64,000 nucleotides of DNA from Escherichia coli (GTDB lineage: Bacteria > Pseudomonadota > Gammaproteobacteria > Enterobacterales > Enterobacteriaceae): assembly GCF_003334405.1 (NCBI RefSeq), contig NZ_QOWM01000004.1, one strand, 5' to 3'. Positions 12,122 through 23,740 of the stretch are shown piece after piece. The position numbers and the translations under genes are program-made. The notes under the pieces were generated by a model. The model did no database searches and had not been told where the DNA came from. It worked only from the letters and a program-made list of their open reading frames with translations. Every line of letters starts with the position of its first letter. Within the stretch, counting starts at the first letter, position 1.

Positions 12122-13210
12122 TTAGAACTGGTAAACGATACCCACAGCAACGGTGTCGTCTGAACCTACGCCCAGTTTGTTGTCAGAATCGATCTGGTTG
12201 ATGATGTAGTCAACATAGGTGGACATGTTTTTGTTGAAGTAGTAGGTTGCGCCCACTTCAAAGTAGTTCACCAGATCAACATCACCGATACCTTCTACGT
12301 CTTTCGCTTTAGATTTGGTGTAAGCGATGGACGGACGCAGACCGAAATCGAACTGGTATTGCGCAACTAACAGAACGTCTTGCGTTTTGTTGGCGAAGCC
12401 GCTGGTGTTTGTAAATTTATTAGTGATCGGCGTAGCGTTACGGGTTTCACCGTAGTTCGCTGCCAGGTAGATGTTGTTCGCGTCGTACTTCAGACCAGTA
12501 GCCCACTGTTCAGCTTTTTTACCGTTGCCAAGAGGTTGAGCTTCTTGCAGGTTGGTACGGTCAGCTGCACCATAAGCACCAACGATACCAAAGCCTTCGT
12601 ATTCGTAGCTGATAGAACCGCCAACACCGTCGCCGTTAGAACGGCGTGCAGTGTCACGCTCGTTTTTACCCAGGTACTGAACAGCGAAGTTCAGGCCATC
12701 AACCAGACCAAAGAAGTTGGAGTTACGATAGGTAGCAACGCCGCCAACACGACCAACGAAGAAGTCATCGCTGTATGCAGTATCACCACCAAATTCTGGC
12801 AGCATATCGGTGTAACCCAGTGCATCATAAACCACACCGTAGTTACGGCCGTAATCGAAAGAACCAACGTCAGCGTATTTAAGACCCGCGAATGCCAGAC
12901 GCGTTTTGTTACCAGTTTGAGCGTCAGCGCCTTCAGAGTTGTTACCCTGGAAGTTATATTCCCACTGACCATAACCGGTCAGATCGGAATTGATTTGAGT
13001 TTCCCCTTTAAAACCAAGACGGGCATAGGTCATGTCGCCATTGCCACCGTAACTGTTTTCACCGTTACCCTTGGAAAAATAATGCAGACCAACAGCTTTA
13101 CCGTACAGATCTACTTTGTTGCCATCTTTGTTATAGATTTCTGCAGCGTTTGCAGTACCTGCTACTAACAGAGCAGGGACGATCACTGCCAGAATATTGC
13201 GCTTCATCAT
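12122..13210 (-). CDS. ompF: Outer membrane porin OmpF
   Basis: 362-aa ORF with signal peptide [22 protein letters not shown] and C-terminal ...VGIVYQF; recognised as OmpF. Confidence 0.98.
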
Positions 13211-13356
13211 TATTTATTACCCTCATGGTTTTTTTATGACACCTGCCACTGCCGTCAATAAGTTCTGTCAATAAAAATTTACGGAACTATTGATGAGAGT
13301 TTGGTGTCTTTATGTGTCTGCAGGCATCTTTCCATTCAAACTAACGTTTCGCTACC

Positions 13357-13419
13357 GTGAAAGTGCTACAAAGATAAAGATTTGGTTTCAAAAAGAAAAA
13401 ATATGTAACCAAAAGTAAA
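13357..13419 (-). promoter_or_regulatory. OmpR binding sites F1-F3 of the ompF promoter
   Basis: Minus-strand sequence reads TTTACTTTTGGTTACATAT (F1), then TTTTCTTTTTGAAACCAAATC and TTTATCTTTGTAGCACTTTCAC, matching the known OmpR boxes. Confidence 0.8.
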
Positions 13420-13628
13420 ATTTAAGGAACTTTGTGAACACCGTCATATTTCCATAGAGACGTGATGATATTTACAGCAATTTTAATCTATTTATATGAT
13501 TTCCTTATATTTAAATTAACTAAACGGAAATTTTGTTTCTGATGGAAACTTTATCGACCTGGCACAAAATCTTCTTTCAGACATCCAGAATGCCAAAAAA
13601 TAGTATGAAAATTGTGCTATTAGCTAAG

Positions 13629-13666
13629 AAAAAACTAATCCGCAATAAGAATGCGGATTAGTTTTT
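13629..13666. terminator. Strong symmetric stem-loop (bidirectional terminator-like) in ompF-asnS intergenic region
   Basis: 12-bp perfect stem aactaatccgca/tgcggattagtt, 7-nt loop, A-run on left and T-run on right. Confidence 0.6.
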
Positions 13667-13769
13667 GCGCGTAAATGTTGCAATGTAATATTCCGTAACA
13701 GGATGATCGTTATGGCGGGGTTGCAAATAGATTGCTTGACTTAACAAACAGATAACTTGACAGAAAAGA

Positions 13770-13798
13770 TAAAAAAAGAGCCAGCGGGCGCTGGCTCT
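13770..13798 (-). terminator. Intrinsic terminator of asnS
   Basis: Hairpin agagccagc-gggc-gctggctct preceded on plus strand by A8 (T-run on minus), 14 nt from asnS stop. Confidence 0.8.
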
Positions 13799-13811
13799 TG
13801 AAGACGCTAAA

Positions 13812-15212
13812 TTAGAAGCTGGCGTTACGCGGAGTACGTGGGAACGGAATCACATCACGTACGTTTTGCACGCCAGTTACGTAAGCAATCAGACGTTCAA
13901 AACCAAGACCGAAACCTGAATGCGGAACAGTACCGTAGCGACGCAGATCGCGATACCACCAGTAATCTTCTTTATTCAGGCCCATTTCCAGCATACGCTC
14001 GTCCAGCACGTCCAGACGTTCTTCACGCTGGGAGCCACCAATGATCTCACCGATGCCCGGAGCCAGAACGTCCATAGCCGCAACGGTTTTACCGTCTTCG
14101 TTAAGGCGCATATAGAACGCTTTAATATCTTTCGGATAGTTTTTAACCACTACCGGTGCTTTAAAGTGTTCTTCCGCCAGATAACGCTCATGCTCAGAAG
14201 AGAGATCGACTCCCCAGTAAACCGGGTTTTCAAACTTCCTGCCGCAGTTTTCGAGAATGGTCACTGCGTCGGTATAATCCACCTGCGCAAAATCGGCTTC
14301 AATGAAGCGTTCCAGACGTGAAACGGCATCTTTATCTACGCGTTCAGCGAAGAATTTCATGTCGTCAGCGCGTTCTTCGAGAACCGCTTTGAAGACATAT
14401 TTCAGCATGGCTTCAGCCAGACCCGCAATATCGTTCAGGTTAGCAAACGCCACTTCCGGCTCCAGCATCCAGAATTCCGCCAGGTGACGGCTGGTGTTGG
14501 AGTTTTCAGCACGGAAAGTCGGGCCGAAGGTATAAATTTTGGACAATGCGCAAGCGTAGGTTTCGCCGTTCAACTGGCCAGATACGGTCAGGAAAGACTC
14601 TTTACCAAAGAAGTCTTTGTCGAAATCCACTTTGCCCTGATCGTTACGCGGCAGGTTTTCCAGATCCAGCGTAGAAACGCGGAACATTTCGCCTGCACCT
14701 TCGGTATCAGATGCGGTAATCAGTGGCGTTGAAACCCAGAAGAATCCCTGCTCGTTAAAGAAGCGATGCAGCGCCTGCGCCAGCGTATGGCGAACGCGCG
14801 CGACGGCACCAATCAGGTTTGTGCGCGGACGCAGGTGAGCGACTTCACGCAGATACTCAATGCTGTGGCGTTTTGCCGCCATCGGGTAAGTGTCTGGATC
14901 TTCAACCCAACCAGCAACTTCAACCTTGCTGGCCTGAATTTCAAATTGTTGCCCCTGGCCCGGCGACGCCACGACTTTACCCGTCACAATGACCGAGCAG
15001 CCGGTGGTCAGACGCAGGACGTCTTCATTGTAATTGGGCAGAGAATTATTGATGACAGCCTGTACAGGATCAAAGCAGGAACCGTCATAAACGGCGAGGA
15101 AGGAGATGCCAGCTTTTGAATCTCGGCGGGTACGTACCCATCCGCGCACGGTGACTTCGCTGTCAACGGCTACACGGCCCTGGAGTACGTCGGCTACAGG
15201 CACAACGCTCAT
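13812..15212 (-). CDS. asnS: Asparagine--tRNA ligase
   Basis: 466-aa product from ATG at 15210-15212 ([14 protein letters not shown]...); class II aaRS; track ORF extends 15 codons upstream from a GTG. Confidence 0.96.
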
Positions 15213-15380
15213 AATATTCTCTCTGTTAATAGTCGGAAAAAATAAACACTTGTCCACCCGTAAATGGGGGGATACCTATGTTACCTGGCATCTGCAATCA
15301 GACAAGCAGAATTCGCAAATGCAGCGAAAGATTTCGGAATTAAAGGTAAAAAAAGGGAGCCGATTAGCTCCCTGATGATA

Positions 15381-16583
15381 TTAACTGGCTTTTTTAATAT
15401 GCGGAAGGTCGAACGCTTTGCGCAGCGCCCGAACAAACGCTTTATCATGGCAGATAGTTTTGCCAGGGCTGTCAGAAAGTTTCGCCACCGGTTTACCGTT
15501 ACACTCTACCAACTTAATGACAATATTCAGGGGTTTTACCTGGGGGATATCGCAGGTCAGGCGAGTCCCAATACCAAAACTTAATTGCACGCGGGAAGAG
15601 AAGTGGCGGTATAGCTCAACCGCTTTGCGTAAATCCAGATTGTCAGAGAAAACCAGCGTTTTACTCTGTGGATCAATTCCCAGCTTTTCATAATGTGCAA
15701 TGGCTTTTTCACCCCATTCAACCGGGTCGCCAGAGTCATGACGCAGGCCCTGATACCGACTAGCGAACTCGACACCGAAATCACGCAGGAAAGCATCCAT
15801 AGTGATGCAGTCGGTTAATGCAATGCCAAGTTGGTCGGGATACTCTTCCAGCCAGGCAGCAAGTGCAGCTCGCTGGCTGTTGGCTAGATCCGGGCTGATT
15901 TGCTGATGTGCCTGGAACCATTCGTGTGCCTGTGTTCCCATCGGCGTGAGGGAAAGCCGACGCGCCAGATCGTAGTTGCTGGTGCCCACAAACCAGGATT
16001 CCTGTTGCAGACGCTTAACGATGGTTTCTTGTACTTCGCGAGAAAAACGGCGACGGGTGCCAAAATCCATCAGATGGAAGCGCGACATATCAAGACCGGC
16101 GGTTAACGCCGAGAAGTCGACTAATTTGCTTTCCAGCGTGTCGAGGGCTTGCGCAACGTCGGCCTGCGGTGAGCGATAGCGATGTACCATTTCACTGATA
16201 ACCGCCAGCAAAGGAACTTCCCAGAGGATGACTTCACGCCACGGGCCGCTTAAACGAATATCCAGCTTGCCATTATCGTTGGACACGGTGACTTGTTCCG
16301 GGTTAAAGCGGAACTCGCGTAACCAGTTAAGATAGTCGGCCTTAAAGAAAGGCAGGGCAGAAAGCCACTGATATTCATCATCCTGCAGGCGCAGGTGCTG
16401 CATCGCCTGAACCTGTTCACGAATAGCATCGGCATAAATACCCAGCAGATCGTCACCTCGGCAACGAAACTCCGCCGCGACATGCACATCGTAATAGTGA
16501 TGAAACACGGCTTGCTGCATATGCAACTTATAAGCATCTGTATCCAGCAACGAGTGCAGAACAGGAGAAGCGAATTGTGTCAT
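15381..16583 (-). CDS. pncB: Nicotinate phosphoribosyltransferase
   Basis: 400-aa product from ATG 16581-16583 ([19 protein letters not shown]...); recognised as PncB. Confidence 0.95.
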   Translation of the reverse strand: MTQFASPVLHSLLDTDAYKLHMQQAVFHHYYDVHVAAEFRCRGDDLLGIYADAIREQVQAMQHLRLQDDEYQWLSALPFFKADYLNWLREFRFNPEQVTVSNDNGKLDIRLSGPWREVILWEVPLLAVISEMVHRYRSPQADVAQALDTLESKLVDFSALTAGLDMSRFHLMDFGTRRRFSREVQETIVKRLQQESWFVGTSNYDLARRLSLTPMGTQAHEWFQAHQQISPDLANSQRAALAAWLEEYPDQLGIALTDCITMDAFLRDFGVEFASRYQGLRHDSGDPVEWGEKAIAHYEKLGIDPQSKTLVFSDNLDLRKAVELYRHFSSRVQLSFGIGTRLTCDIPQVKPLNIVIKLVECNGKPVAKLSDSPGKTICHDKAFVRALRKAFDLPHIKKAS

Positions 16584-16612
16584 AGGTGCGCAGTAGCGTC
16601 CTCGTACAGGAG

Positions 16613-16630
16613 CGTTTAGTACAATAAACA
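16613..16630. promoter_or_regulatory. NadR-type operator upstream of pncB
   Basis: cGTTTA-gtacaa-TAAACA, an 18-bp inverted repeat matching TGTTTA-N6-TAAACA, 30 nt upstream of pncB start. Confidence 0.6.
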
Positions 16631-16848
16631 TCTTCAGGAACTGCTGGAGTATACCTTGTTTCGCAATTTATTGAACCCCGATCACACCATATGCCACCTT
16701 TCTGGTCGATGGCATTACGCGGTGTATGTTATAAAAATGTAGCAATAAAGGCGTTTGTACCTGAAAAGATGAAGATTCTGCATAGCGCGATTTACGCAAC
16801 AGGAATAGACTGAACACCAGACTCTATAAAAGATGCTAAAGGTTATTT

Positions 16849-19461
16849 ATGACTCAACAGCCACAAGCCAAATACCGTCACGATTATCGTGCGCCGGATT
16901 ACCAGATTACTGATATTGACTTGACCTTTGACCTCGACGCGCAAAAGACGGTCGTTACCGCGGTCAGCCAGGCTGTCCGTCATGGTGCATCAGATGCTCC
17001 CCTTCGTCTCAACGGCGAAGACCTCAAACTGGTTTCTGTTCATATTAATGATGAGCCGTGGACCGCCTGGAAAGAAGAAGAGGGCGCACTGGTTATCAGT
17101 AATTTGCCGGAGCGTTTTACGCTTAAGATCATTAATGAAATAAGCCCGGCGGCGAATACCGCGCTGGAAGGGCTTTATCAGTCAGGCGATGCGCTTTGCA
17201 CCCAGTGTGAAGCCGAAGGTTTCCGCCATATTACGTATTATCTCGACCGCCCGGACGTGCTGGCGCGTTTTACCACCAAAATTATTGCCGATAAAATCAA
17301 ATATCCCTTCCTGCTTTCCAATGGTAACCGCGTTGCGCAAGGCGAACTGGAAAACGGACGCCATTGGGTACAGTGGCAGGACCCGTTCCCGAAACCGTGC
17401 TACCTGTTTGCGCTGGTGGCAGGCGACTTTGATGTACTGCGCGATACCTTTACCACGCGTTCTGGTCGCGAAGTAGCACTGGAGCTGTACGTCGATCGCG
17501 GCAACCTTGATCGCGCGCCGTGGGCGATGACCTCGCTGAAAAACTCCATGAAATGGGATGAAGAACGCTTTGGCCTGGAGTATGACCTCGACATCTATAT
17601 GATCGTCGCGGTGGATTTCTTCAATATGGGCGCAATGGAGAATAAGGGGCTGAATATCTTTAACTCCAAATATGTGCTGGCCCGCACCGACACCGCCACC
17701 GACAAAGATTACCTCGATATTGAACGCGTTATCGGCCATGAATATTTCCATAACTGGACCGGTAACCGAGTGACCTGTCGCGACTGGTTCCAGCTCAGCC
17801 TGAAAGAAGGTTTAACCGTCTTCCGCGATCAGGAGTTCAGCTCTGACCTTGGTTCCCGCGCAGTTAACCGCATCAATAATGTACGCACCATGCGCGGATT
17901 GCAGTTTGCAGAAGACGCCAGCCCGATGGCGCACCCGATCCGCCCGGATATGGTCATTGAGATGAACAACTTCTACACCCTGACCGTTTACGAGAAGGGC
18001 GCGGAAGTGATTCGCATGATCCACACCCTGCTTGGCGAAGAAAACTTCCAGAAAGGGATGCAGCTTTATTTCGAGCGTCATGATGGTAGTGCAGCGACCT
18101 GTGACGACTTTGTGCAGGCGATGGAAGATGCGTCGAATGTCGATCTCTCCCATTTCCGCCGTTGGTACAGCCAGTCCGGTACACCGATTGTGACCGTCAA
18201 AGACGACTACAATCCGGAAACCGAGCAGTACACCCTGACCATCAGCCAGCGCACGCCAGCCACGCCGGATCAGGCAGAAAAACAGCCGCTGCATATTCCG
18301 TTTGCCATCGAACTGTATGATAACGAAGGCAAAGTGATCCCGTTGCAGAAAGGCGGTCATCCGGTGAATTCCGTGCTGAACGTCACTCAGGCGGAACAGA
18401 CCTTTGTCTTTGATAATGTCTACTTCCAGCCGGTGCCTGCGCTGCTGTGCGAATTCTCTGCGCCAGTGAAACTGGAATATAAGTGGAGCGATCAGCAACT
18501 GACCTTCCTGATGCGTCATGCGCGTAATGATTTCTCCCGCTGGGATGCGGCGCAAAGTTTGCTGGCAACCTACATCAAGCTGAACGTCGCGCGTCATCAG
18601 CAAGGTCAGCCGCTGTCTCTGCCGGTGCATGTGGCTGATGCTTTCCGCGCGGTACTGCTTGATGAGAAGATTGATCCAGCGCTGGCGGCAGAAATCCTGA
18701 CGCTGCCTTCTGTCAATGAAATGGCTGAATTGTTCGATATCATCGACCCGATTGCTATTGCCGAAGTACGCGAAGCACTCACTCGTACTCTGGCGACTGA
18801 ACTGGCGGATGAGCTACTGGCTATTTACAACGCGAATTACCAGAGCGAGTACCGTGTTGAGCATGAAGATATTGCAAAACGCACTCTGCGTAATGCCTGC
18901 CTGCGTTTCCTCGCTTTTGGTGAAACGCATCTGGCTGATGTGCTGGTGAGCAAGCAGTTCCACGAAGCAAACAATATGACTGATGCGCTGGCGGCGCTTT
19001 CTGCGGCGGTTGCCGCACAGCTGCCTTGCCGTGACGCGCTGATGCAGGAGTACGACGACAAGTGGCATCAGAACGGTCTGGTGATGGATAAATGGTTTAT
19101 CCTGCAAGCCACCAGCCCGGCGGCGAATGTGCTGGAGACGGTGCGCGGCCTGTTGCAGCATCGCTCATTTACCATGAGCAACCCGAACCGTATTCGTTCG
19201 TTGATTGGCGCGTTTGCGGGCAGCAATCCGGCAGCGTTCCATGCCGAAGATGGCAGCGGTTACCTGTTCCTGGTGGAAATGCTTACCGACCTCAACAGCC
19301 GTAACCCGCAGGTGGCTTCACGTCTGATTGAACCGCTGATTCGCCTGAAACGTTACGATGCCAAACGTCAGGAGAAAATGCGCGCGGCGCTGGAACAGTT
19401 GAAAGGGCTGGAAAATCTCTCTGGCGATCTGTACGAGAAGATAACTAAAGCACTGGCTTGA
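16849..19461 (+). CDS. pepN: Aminopeptidase N
   Basis: 870-aa ORF with zinc motif HEYFHNWTGN...E; recognised as PepN. Confidence 0.97.
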   Translation: MTQQPQAKYRHDYRAPDYQITDIDLTFDLDAQKTVVTAVSQAVRHGASDAPLRLNGEDLKLVSVHINDEPWTAWKEEEGALVISNLPERFTLKIINEISPAANTALEGLYQSGDALCTQCEAEGFRHITYYLDRPDVLARFTTKIIADKIKYPFLLSNGNRVAQGELENGRHWVQWQDPFPKPCYLFALVAGDFDVLRDTFTTRSGREVALELYVDRGNLDRAPWAMTSLKNSMKWDEERFGLEYDLDIYMIVAVDFFNMGAMENKGLNIFNSKYVLARTDTATDKDYLDIERVIGHEYFHNWTGNRVTCRDWFQLSLKEGLTVFRDQEFSSDLGSRAVNRINNVRTMRGLQFAEDASPMAHPIRPDMVIEMNNFYTLTVYEKGAEVIRMIHTLLGEENFQKGMQLYFERHDGSAATCDDFVQAMEDASNVDLSHFRRWYSQSGTPIVTVKDDYNPETEQYTLTISQRTPATPDQAEKQPLHIPFAIELYDNEGKVIPLQKGGHPVNSVLNVTQAEQTFVFDNVYFQPVPALLCEFSAPVKLEYKWSDQQLTFLMRHARNDFSRWDAAQSLLATYIKLNVARHQQGQPLSLPVHVADAFRAVLLDEKIDPALAAEILTLPSVNEMAELFDIIDPIAIAEVREALTRTLATELADELLAIYNANYQSEYRVEHEDIAKRTLRNACLRFLAFGETHLADVLVSKQFHEANNMTDALAALSAAVAAQLPCRDALMQEYDDKWHQNGLVMDKWFILQATSPAANVLETVRGLLQHRSFTMSNPNRIRSLIGAFAGSNPAAFHAEDGSGYLFLVEMLTDLNSRNPQVASRLIEPLIRLKRYDAKRQEKMRAALEQLKGLENLSGDLYEKITKALA

Positions 19462-19468
19462 TAAATAA

Positions 19469-19498
19469 CCGAATGGCGGCAATAGCGCCGCCATTCGG
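19469..19498. terminator. Stem-loop between convergent pepN and ssuB
   Basis: 12-bp perfect stem ccgaatggcggc/gccgccattcgg with 6-nt loop, immediately after pepN stop. Confidence 0.65.
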
Positions 19499-19503
19499 GG
19501 AAT

Positions 19504-20272
19504 TTACCCCTGTTTTCTCAGGCGAGTTTCAGATTCACCACGTTGCATCACCCGTTGCAACACCTCCGCTTCCAGCTCCGCTAATCGCACCGACCCTAAT
19601 CGACGCGGACGGGGGATATCCACTGTCAAATCCAGACCAATTTTTCCCTCTTCAATTAACAGCACCCGGTCAGCCATCGCTACCGCTTCGCTCACATCAT
19701 GCGTCACCAACAGTACGGTAAAGCCGTGCTCCTGCCAAAGTGACACAATCAAATCCTGCATCTCGAGTCGCGTTAAGGCGTCCAGCGCCCCGAGCGGTTC
19801 ATCAAGCAACAATAATCCCGGTCGATGAATCAACGCTCTTGCCAGCGCCACTCGCTGTTTCTGCCCGCCAGAAAGTGCGGCAGGCCATTCCCCTGCGCGA
19901 TTCTCCAGTCCTACCGCAGCCAACGCTCGACGTGCGGCATCGCGCCACTGGCCTTTAAGGCCTAACCCAACGTTATCAATCACCGATTTCCACGGTAGCA
20001 GACGCGCATCCTGAAACATCATTCGCGTGTCTTCCTGAATTTCAGCCAGCGGTGTGGTGCCCGCTAACACATCGCCTGCGGTTGGCGTTTCCAGACCTGC
20101 CAGCAGGCGCAGCAGGGTACTTTTGCCACCACCGCTGCGGCCCACCACCGCCACAAACTGACCTGCCGGAATATGTAAATCCAGTTGGTTCAGGACGATA
20201 TTTTTCCGCGTAATGTTTGCTTACTGCATTGAGCAACAATGGCGTGCCCTGGTTCAGACGAGCAGTATTCAT
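19504..20272 (-). pseudogene. ssuB: Aliphatic sulfonate ABC transporter ATPase SsuB, disrupted by +1 frameshift
   Basis: ATG at 20270-20272 gives [23 protein letters not shown], then low-complexity sequence; the Walker-A-containing body (…[16 protein letters not shown]… to stop at 19504) is in another frame; frames are rejoined by deleting one T from the T5 run at 20201-20205. Confidence 0.85.
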
Positions 20273-21060
20273 ACCGTGGCCTCCTTCAAATGATAAGCCG
20301 GGTTCCAGCGCAACCAGAGGCGCTCTAACAGCTGCGCGCTGACGTCAGCCAGTTTGCCGAGCAGGGCGTAAAGAATAATAGCGACTACCACCACGTCCGT
20401 TTGCAAAAACTCCCGCGCATTCATCGCCAGATAACCAATGCCTGAATTGGCAGAAATGGTTTCGGCAACAATCAGCGTCAGCCACATCAGGCCCAACGCA
20501 AAACGCACGCCGACCATAATTGAGGGCAGGGCACCAGGCAGGATCACATGGATAAACAGCGGTATGCCGGATAATCCATAGCTACGCGCCATCTCCACCA
20601 ACCCGCGATCGATATTACGGATGCCATGCCAGGTGTTGATATAAATGGGGAATAGCGTACCGAGCGCCACCAGAAAGATTTTTGCGGATTCATCAATGCC
20701 AAACCACAAAATCACCAGCGGGATCAGCGCCAGATGCGGCACGTTGCGCAACATCTGAATTGAGGTATCCAGCAGCCGTTCTCCCCAGCGAGATAGCCCG
20801 CTAATCAGTCCCAAAATCAACCCCAGCGATCCGCCAATTGAAAAGCCAATCAGCGCCCGCCAGGAGCTGATCGCCAGATGCTGCCACAGTTCGCCGCTGG
20901 CGGAGAGCGTCCAGAACGCCGTCACCACTCCTTCCGGTGAAGGCAAAATACGCGTCGACAGCCAGCCAACCGAGGAGGCCAGTTGCCACACCGCCACGAT
21001 GCCCACCGGTAAAAACCAGGGGGCAACGCGCAATAACCACTTCTTCACTGGCGTTGCCAT
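20269..21060 (-). CDS. ssuC: Aliphatic sulfonate ABC transporter permease
   Basis: 263-aa product from ATG 21058-21060 ([10 protein letters not shown]...); multi-pass permease; stop overlaps ssuB start. Confidence 0.93.
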
Positions 21061-21070
21061 TATTTCTTCC

Positions 21071-22216
21071 TTAGCTTTGCGCGACTTTACGGGGGATAAA
21101 ATCATTCGCCACCGCTTCGCCTTGCGGATTCAGCGGCTGCGGCTGGGGAATTTCCGGGATGGCGACATCCAGAAGCGGGAACAGCAACTCGCCAACCCGA
21201 TACGCTTCTTCCAGATGCGGATAGCCCGAAAGCACAAAACTGTCGATGCCAAGCGCGGCATATTCGTTGATTCGCGCAGCGACCGTAGGACCATCGCCCA
21301 CCAGCGCCGTCCCGGCACCGCCGCGCACTAAGCCAACGCCCGCCCATAAATTGGGGCTGATCTCCAGATTGTCGCGCTTGCCGTTATGTAACGCCGCCAT
21401 TCGCTGTTGCCCTACGGAATCCGTCCGGGCGAATGCGGCCTGTGCTTTGGCGATAGTTTCATCATCAAGATGCGAGATTAACCGCTCGGCGGCCTGCCAC
21501 GCTTCGTCGTTAGTTTCACGAACAATCACATGCAGACGAATACCGAAACGAATTTTGCGTCCATGCGCGGCAGCTTTCGCCCGCACTTGTTCGATTTTCT
21601 CTTTAACCAGTTCCGGCGGTTCGCCCCAGGTGAGGTAGAGATCAACCTGTTCTGCCGCCAGCTCCTGGGCGACATCTGACGATCCGCCAAAGTAAAGTGG
21701 CGGATACGGCTGTTGAATCGCCGGGAAGAGCAGTTTTGCTCCGCGCACATGAATATGTTTACCGTTGAAATCGACGGTTTCTCTCTGCAATAAACGCCGC
21801 CAGACCTGGGTAAATTCCGCCGAGGCTTCGTAGCGCTCGCTATGATCAAGGAACACTCCGTCGCCTGCCAGCTCTTGTGGATCGCTGCCTGTGACCAGGT
21901 TAAACAACGCACGTCCATTTGAGAGACGGTCAAGCGTGGCGGCCTGGCGGGCGGCAACGGTAGGTGAGGTTACGCTGGGACGCAGGGCGACAAGAAACTT
22001 CAGCCGCTGCGTCACCGGGATCATCGATGCGGCAACCAGCCACGCATCTTCGCAGGAGCGCCCCGTTGGAATTAGCACACCGGTATAGCCAAGACGATCC
22101 GCCGCTTGCGCAATTTGTTGCAGATAACCGTGATCAACCGGGCGTGAACCTTCTTCCGTTCCCAGATAATGCCCGTCACCGTGGGTCGGTAAAAACCAGA
22201 ACATATTCAGACTCAT
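21071..22216 (-). CDS. ssuD: FMNH2-dependent alkanesulfonate monooxygenase
   Basis: 381-aa ORF recognised as SsuD ([19 protein letters not shown]...). Confidence 0.96.
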
Positions 22217-23172
22217 AATTGTTTTCCTTCCAGTTGAGTGGGCTGCCAGATGCGCTGGCGAATATCGACTTTTTTCGGCACCAGACGATTTTCATAAAAC
22301 AGATCTGCCGTTTGCTGCTGTAAGGCGGCAACCTCGGCGTTAACCGGTTTGATGGTGGTAGGAGGGCGATGATCTAAGTAAGAGGCAATCACCGGTGCCG
22401 GTAAGCCCATCGTTTTTGCCAGTAAAGCGATGCTTTGCTCGCGCTGGCTGCGGGTTAACGCATCGGCCTCACTAAAGGTTGCCAGTACGCCCTGAATAAA
22501 AGCGCCGTTTTTTTCTGCATAGGGACGAGCTGCCAGATAAAACGATCCAGTTTGATTGAGATCGGTGCCGTCTTTCAGCACCCGCACGCCGCCCTGTAAT
22601 AATGCAGCAGAGTAGTAGGGATCCCAGATAGCCCAGGCGTCAACGTTACCTTGCTGGAACGCGGCGCGGGCATCAGCGGGCGTCAGGTAAGTGGGTTGGA
22701 TATCGGTAAACTTAAGTCCGGCCTGACGCAGTGCACGCAGTAAAAGGTTGTGTGAACTGGAACCTTTCTGAAAGGCAACTTTGTGACCTTTAAGATCGGC
22801 TACGGTTTTGATCGGGCTGTTTTCTGCCACCAGAATCACTTCGGCTTTGGGCTTCGGTGGCTCGACGCCCACGTACACCAAATCAGCCCCGGCAGCCTGG
22901 GCAAAGATTGGCGGAATATCCCCGGTACTGCCGAGATCAATACTGCCAACGTTTAACGCTTCCAACATTTGCGGACCCGCGGGGAACTCCACCCAGGAGA
23001 TTTTTGATTCCGGATAGCGTTTTTCCAGTAACTGGTGGCTTTTTGCCAGCACCATACCAATACTGCCTTTCTGATAGCCTATACGTAACGCTTCAGGCGA
23101 GGATTCTGCAGCAACCGCAAAAGTAGAGACGCTAAGCAATCCCGCCAGCGCCAGTTTAATGATGTTACGCAT
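22213..23172 (-). CDS. ssuA: Aliphatic sulfonate ABC transporter periplasmic binding protein
   Basis: 319-aa product from ATG 23170-23172 ([22 protein letters not shown]...); stop overlaps ssuD start. Confidence 0.93.
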
Positions 23173-23740
23173 GGGCATTACCTCGCAGAGACAGAAGGTC
23201 AGGAACCTGAACATCGCGGCGGTGCAATGCCTGCCAGAAAGTTTCTAGCGCGGTATCAAGACGGGTTTGCAGATTTGGCGTGAACTGGGGTCTGTGATGG
23301 TAATCAATTACTTGTGAGTCATCGGCAAACACGCCGTGCAGGATCTCCTGAGCTTTCAGTGCGCTTAAAACTGGTTTAAGGGCATAATCGACCGCCAGCA
23401 GATGGGCCACGGTACCGCCCGTCGCCAGCGGTAGCACCACTTTGCCTTGCAAAGCGCGTTCTGGCAGCAGGTCGAGCAGGGTTTTCAACGCACCGGAATA
23501 GGCGGCTTTATACACAGGCGTGGCGACAATCAGCCCATCGGCCTGTTGCAGCTGTTCGGTGAAGGTCTTGAGTGCCGGACTATCGAAACGAGCATAAAGT
23601 AGATCTTCCGGGGCGAAGTTTTGCAGATTCCAGTGATAAACCTCTACATCCAGGCCATTTAGTTTTTCCCGCGCATATTCCAGCAAGGAGCTGGAGCGAG
23701 AAGGAAAGCGAGGACTACCCGCCAGGGTGATGACACGCAT
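23165..23740 (-). CDS. ssuE: NADPH-dependent FMN reductase
   Basis: 191-aa ORF recognised as SsuE; 8-nt overlap with ssuA start. Confidence 0.95.
   Translation of the reverse strand: MRVITLAGSPRFPSRSSSLLEYAREKLNGLDVEVYHWNLQNFAPEDLLYARFDSPALKTFTEQLQQADGLIVATPVYKAAYSGALKTLLDLLPERALQGKVVLPLATGGTVAHLLAVDYALKPVLSALKAQEILHGVFADDSQVIDYHHRPQFTPNLQTRLDTALETFWQALHRRDVQVPDLLSLRGNAHA

Noticed and set aside
12380-13168. 262-aa plus-strand ORF antisense to ompF
   Set aside because: Lies entirely within the well-recognised ompF frame; the translation is low-complexity Thr/Val-rich. Shadow ORF.
15213-15380. Upstream in-frame extensions of track ORFs (asnS, pncB, helD, yccU, yccX, fabA, hspQ, tusE, ompA, ssuA, ssuC and others), taken as possible longer isoforms
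   Set aside because: The internal ATG starts match the recognised N-termini and have better RBS spacing. The extensions often begin at GTG or TTG and run into neighbouring genes or promoters.
20042-20272. 76-aa ORF from the track, taken as a possible independent small gene
   Set aside because: It is the N-terminal fragment of frameshifted ssuB (the first 23 residues match the SsuB N-terminus, the rest is out-of-frame read-through), not a separate gene.
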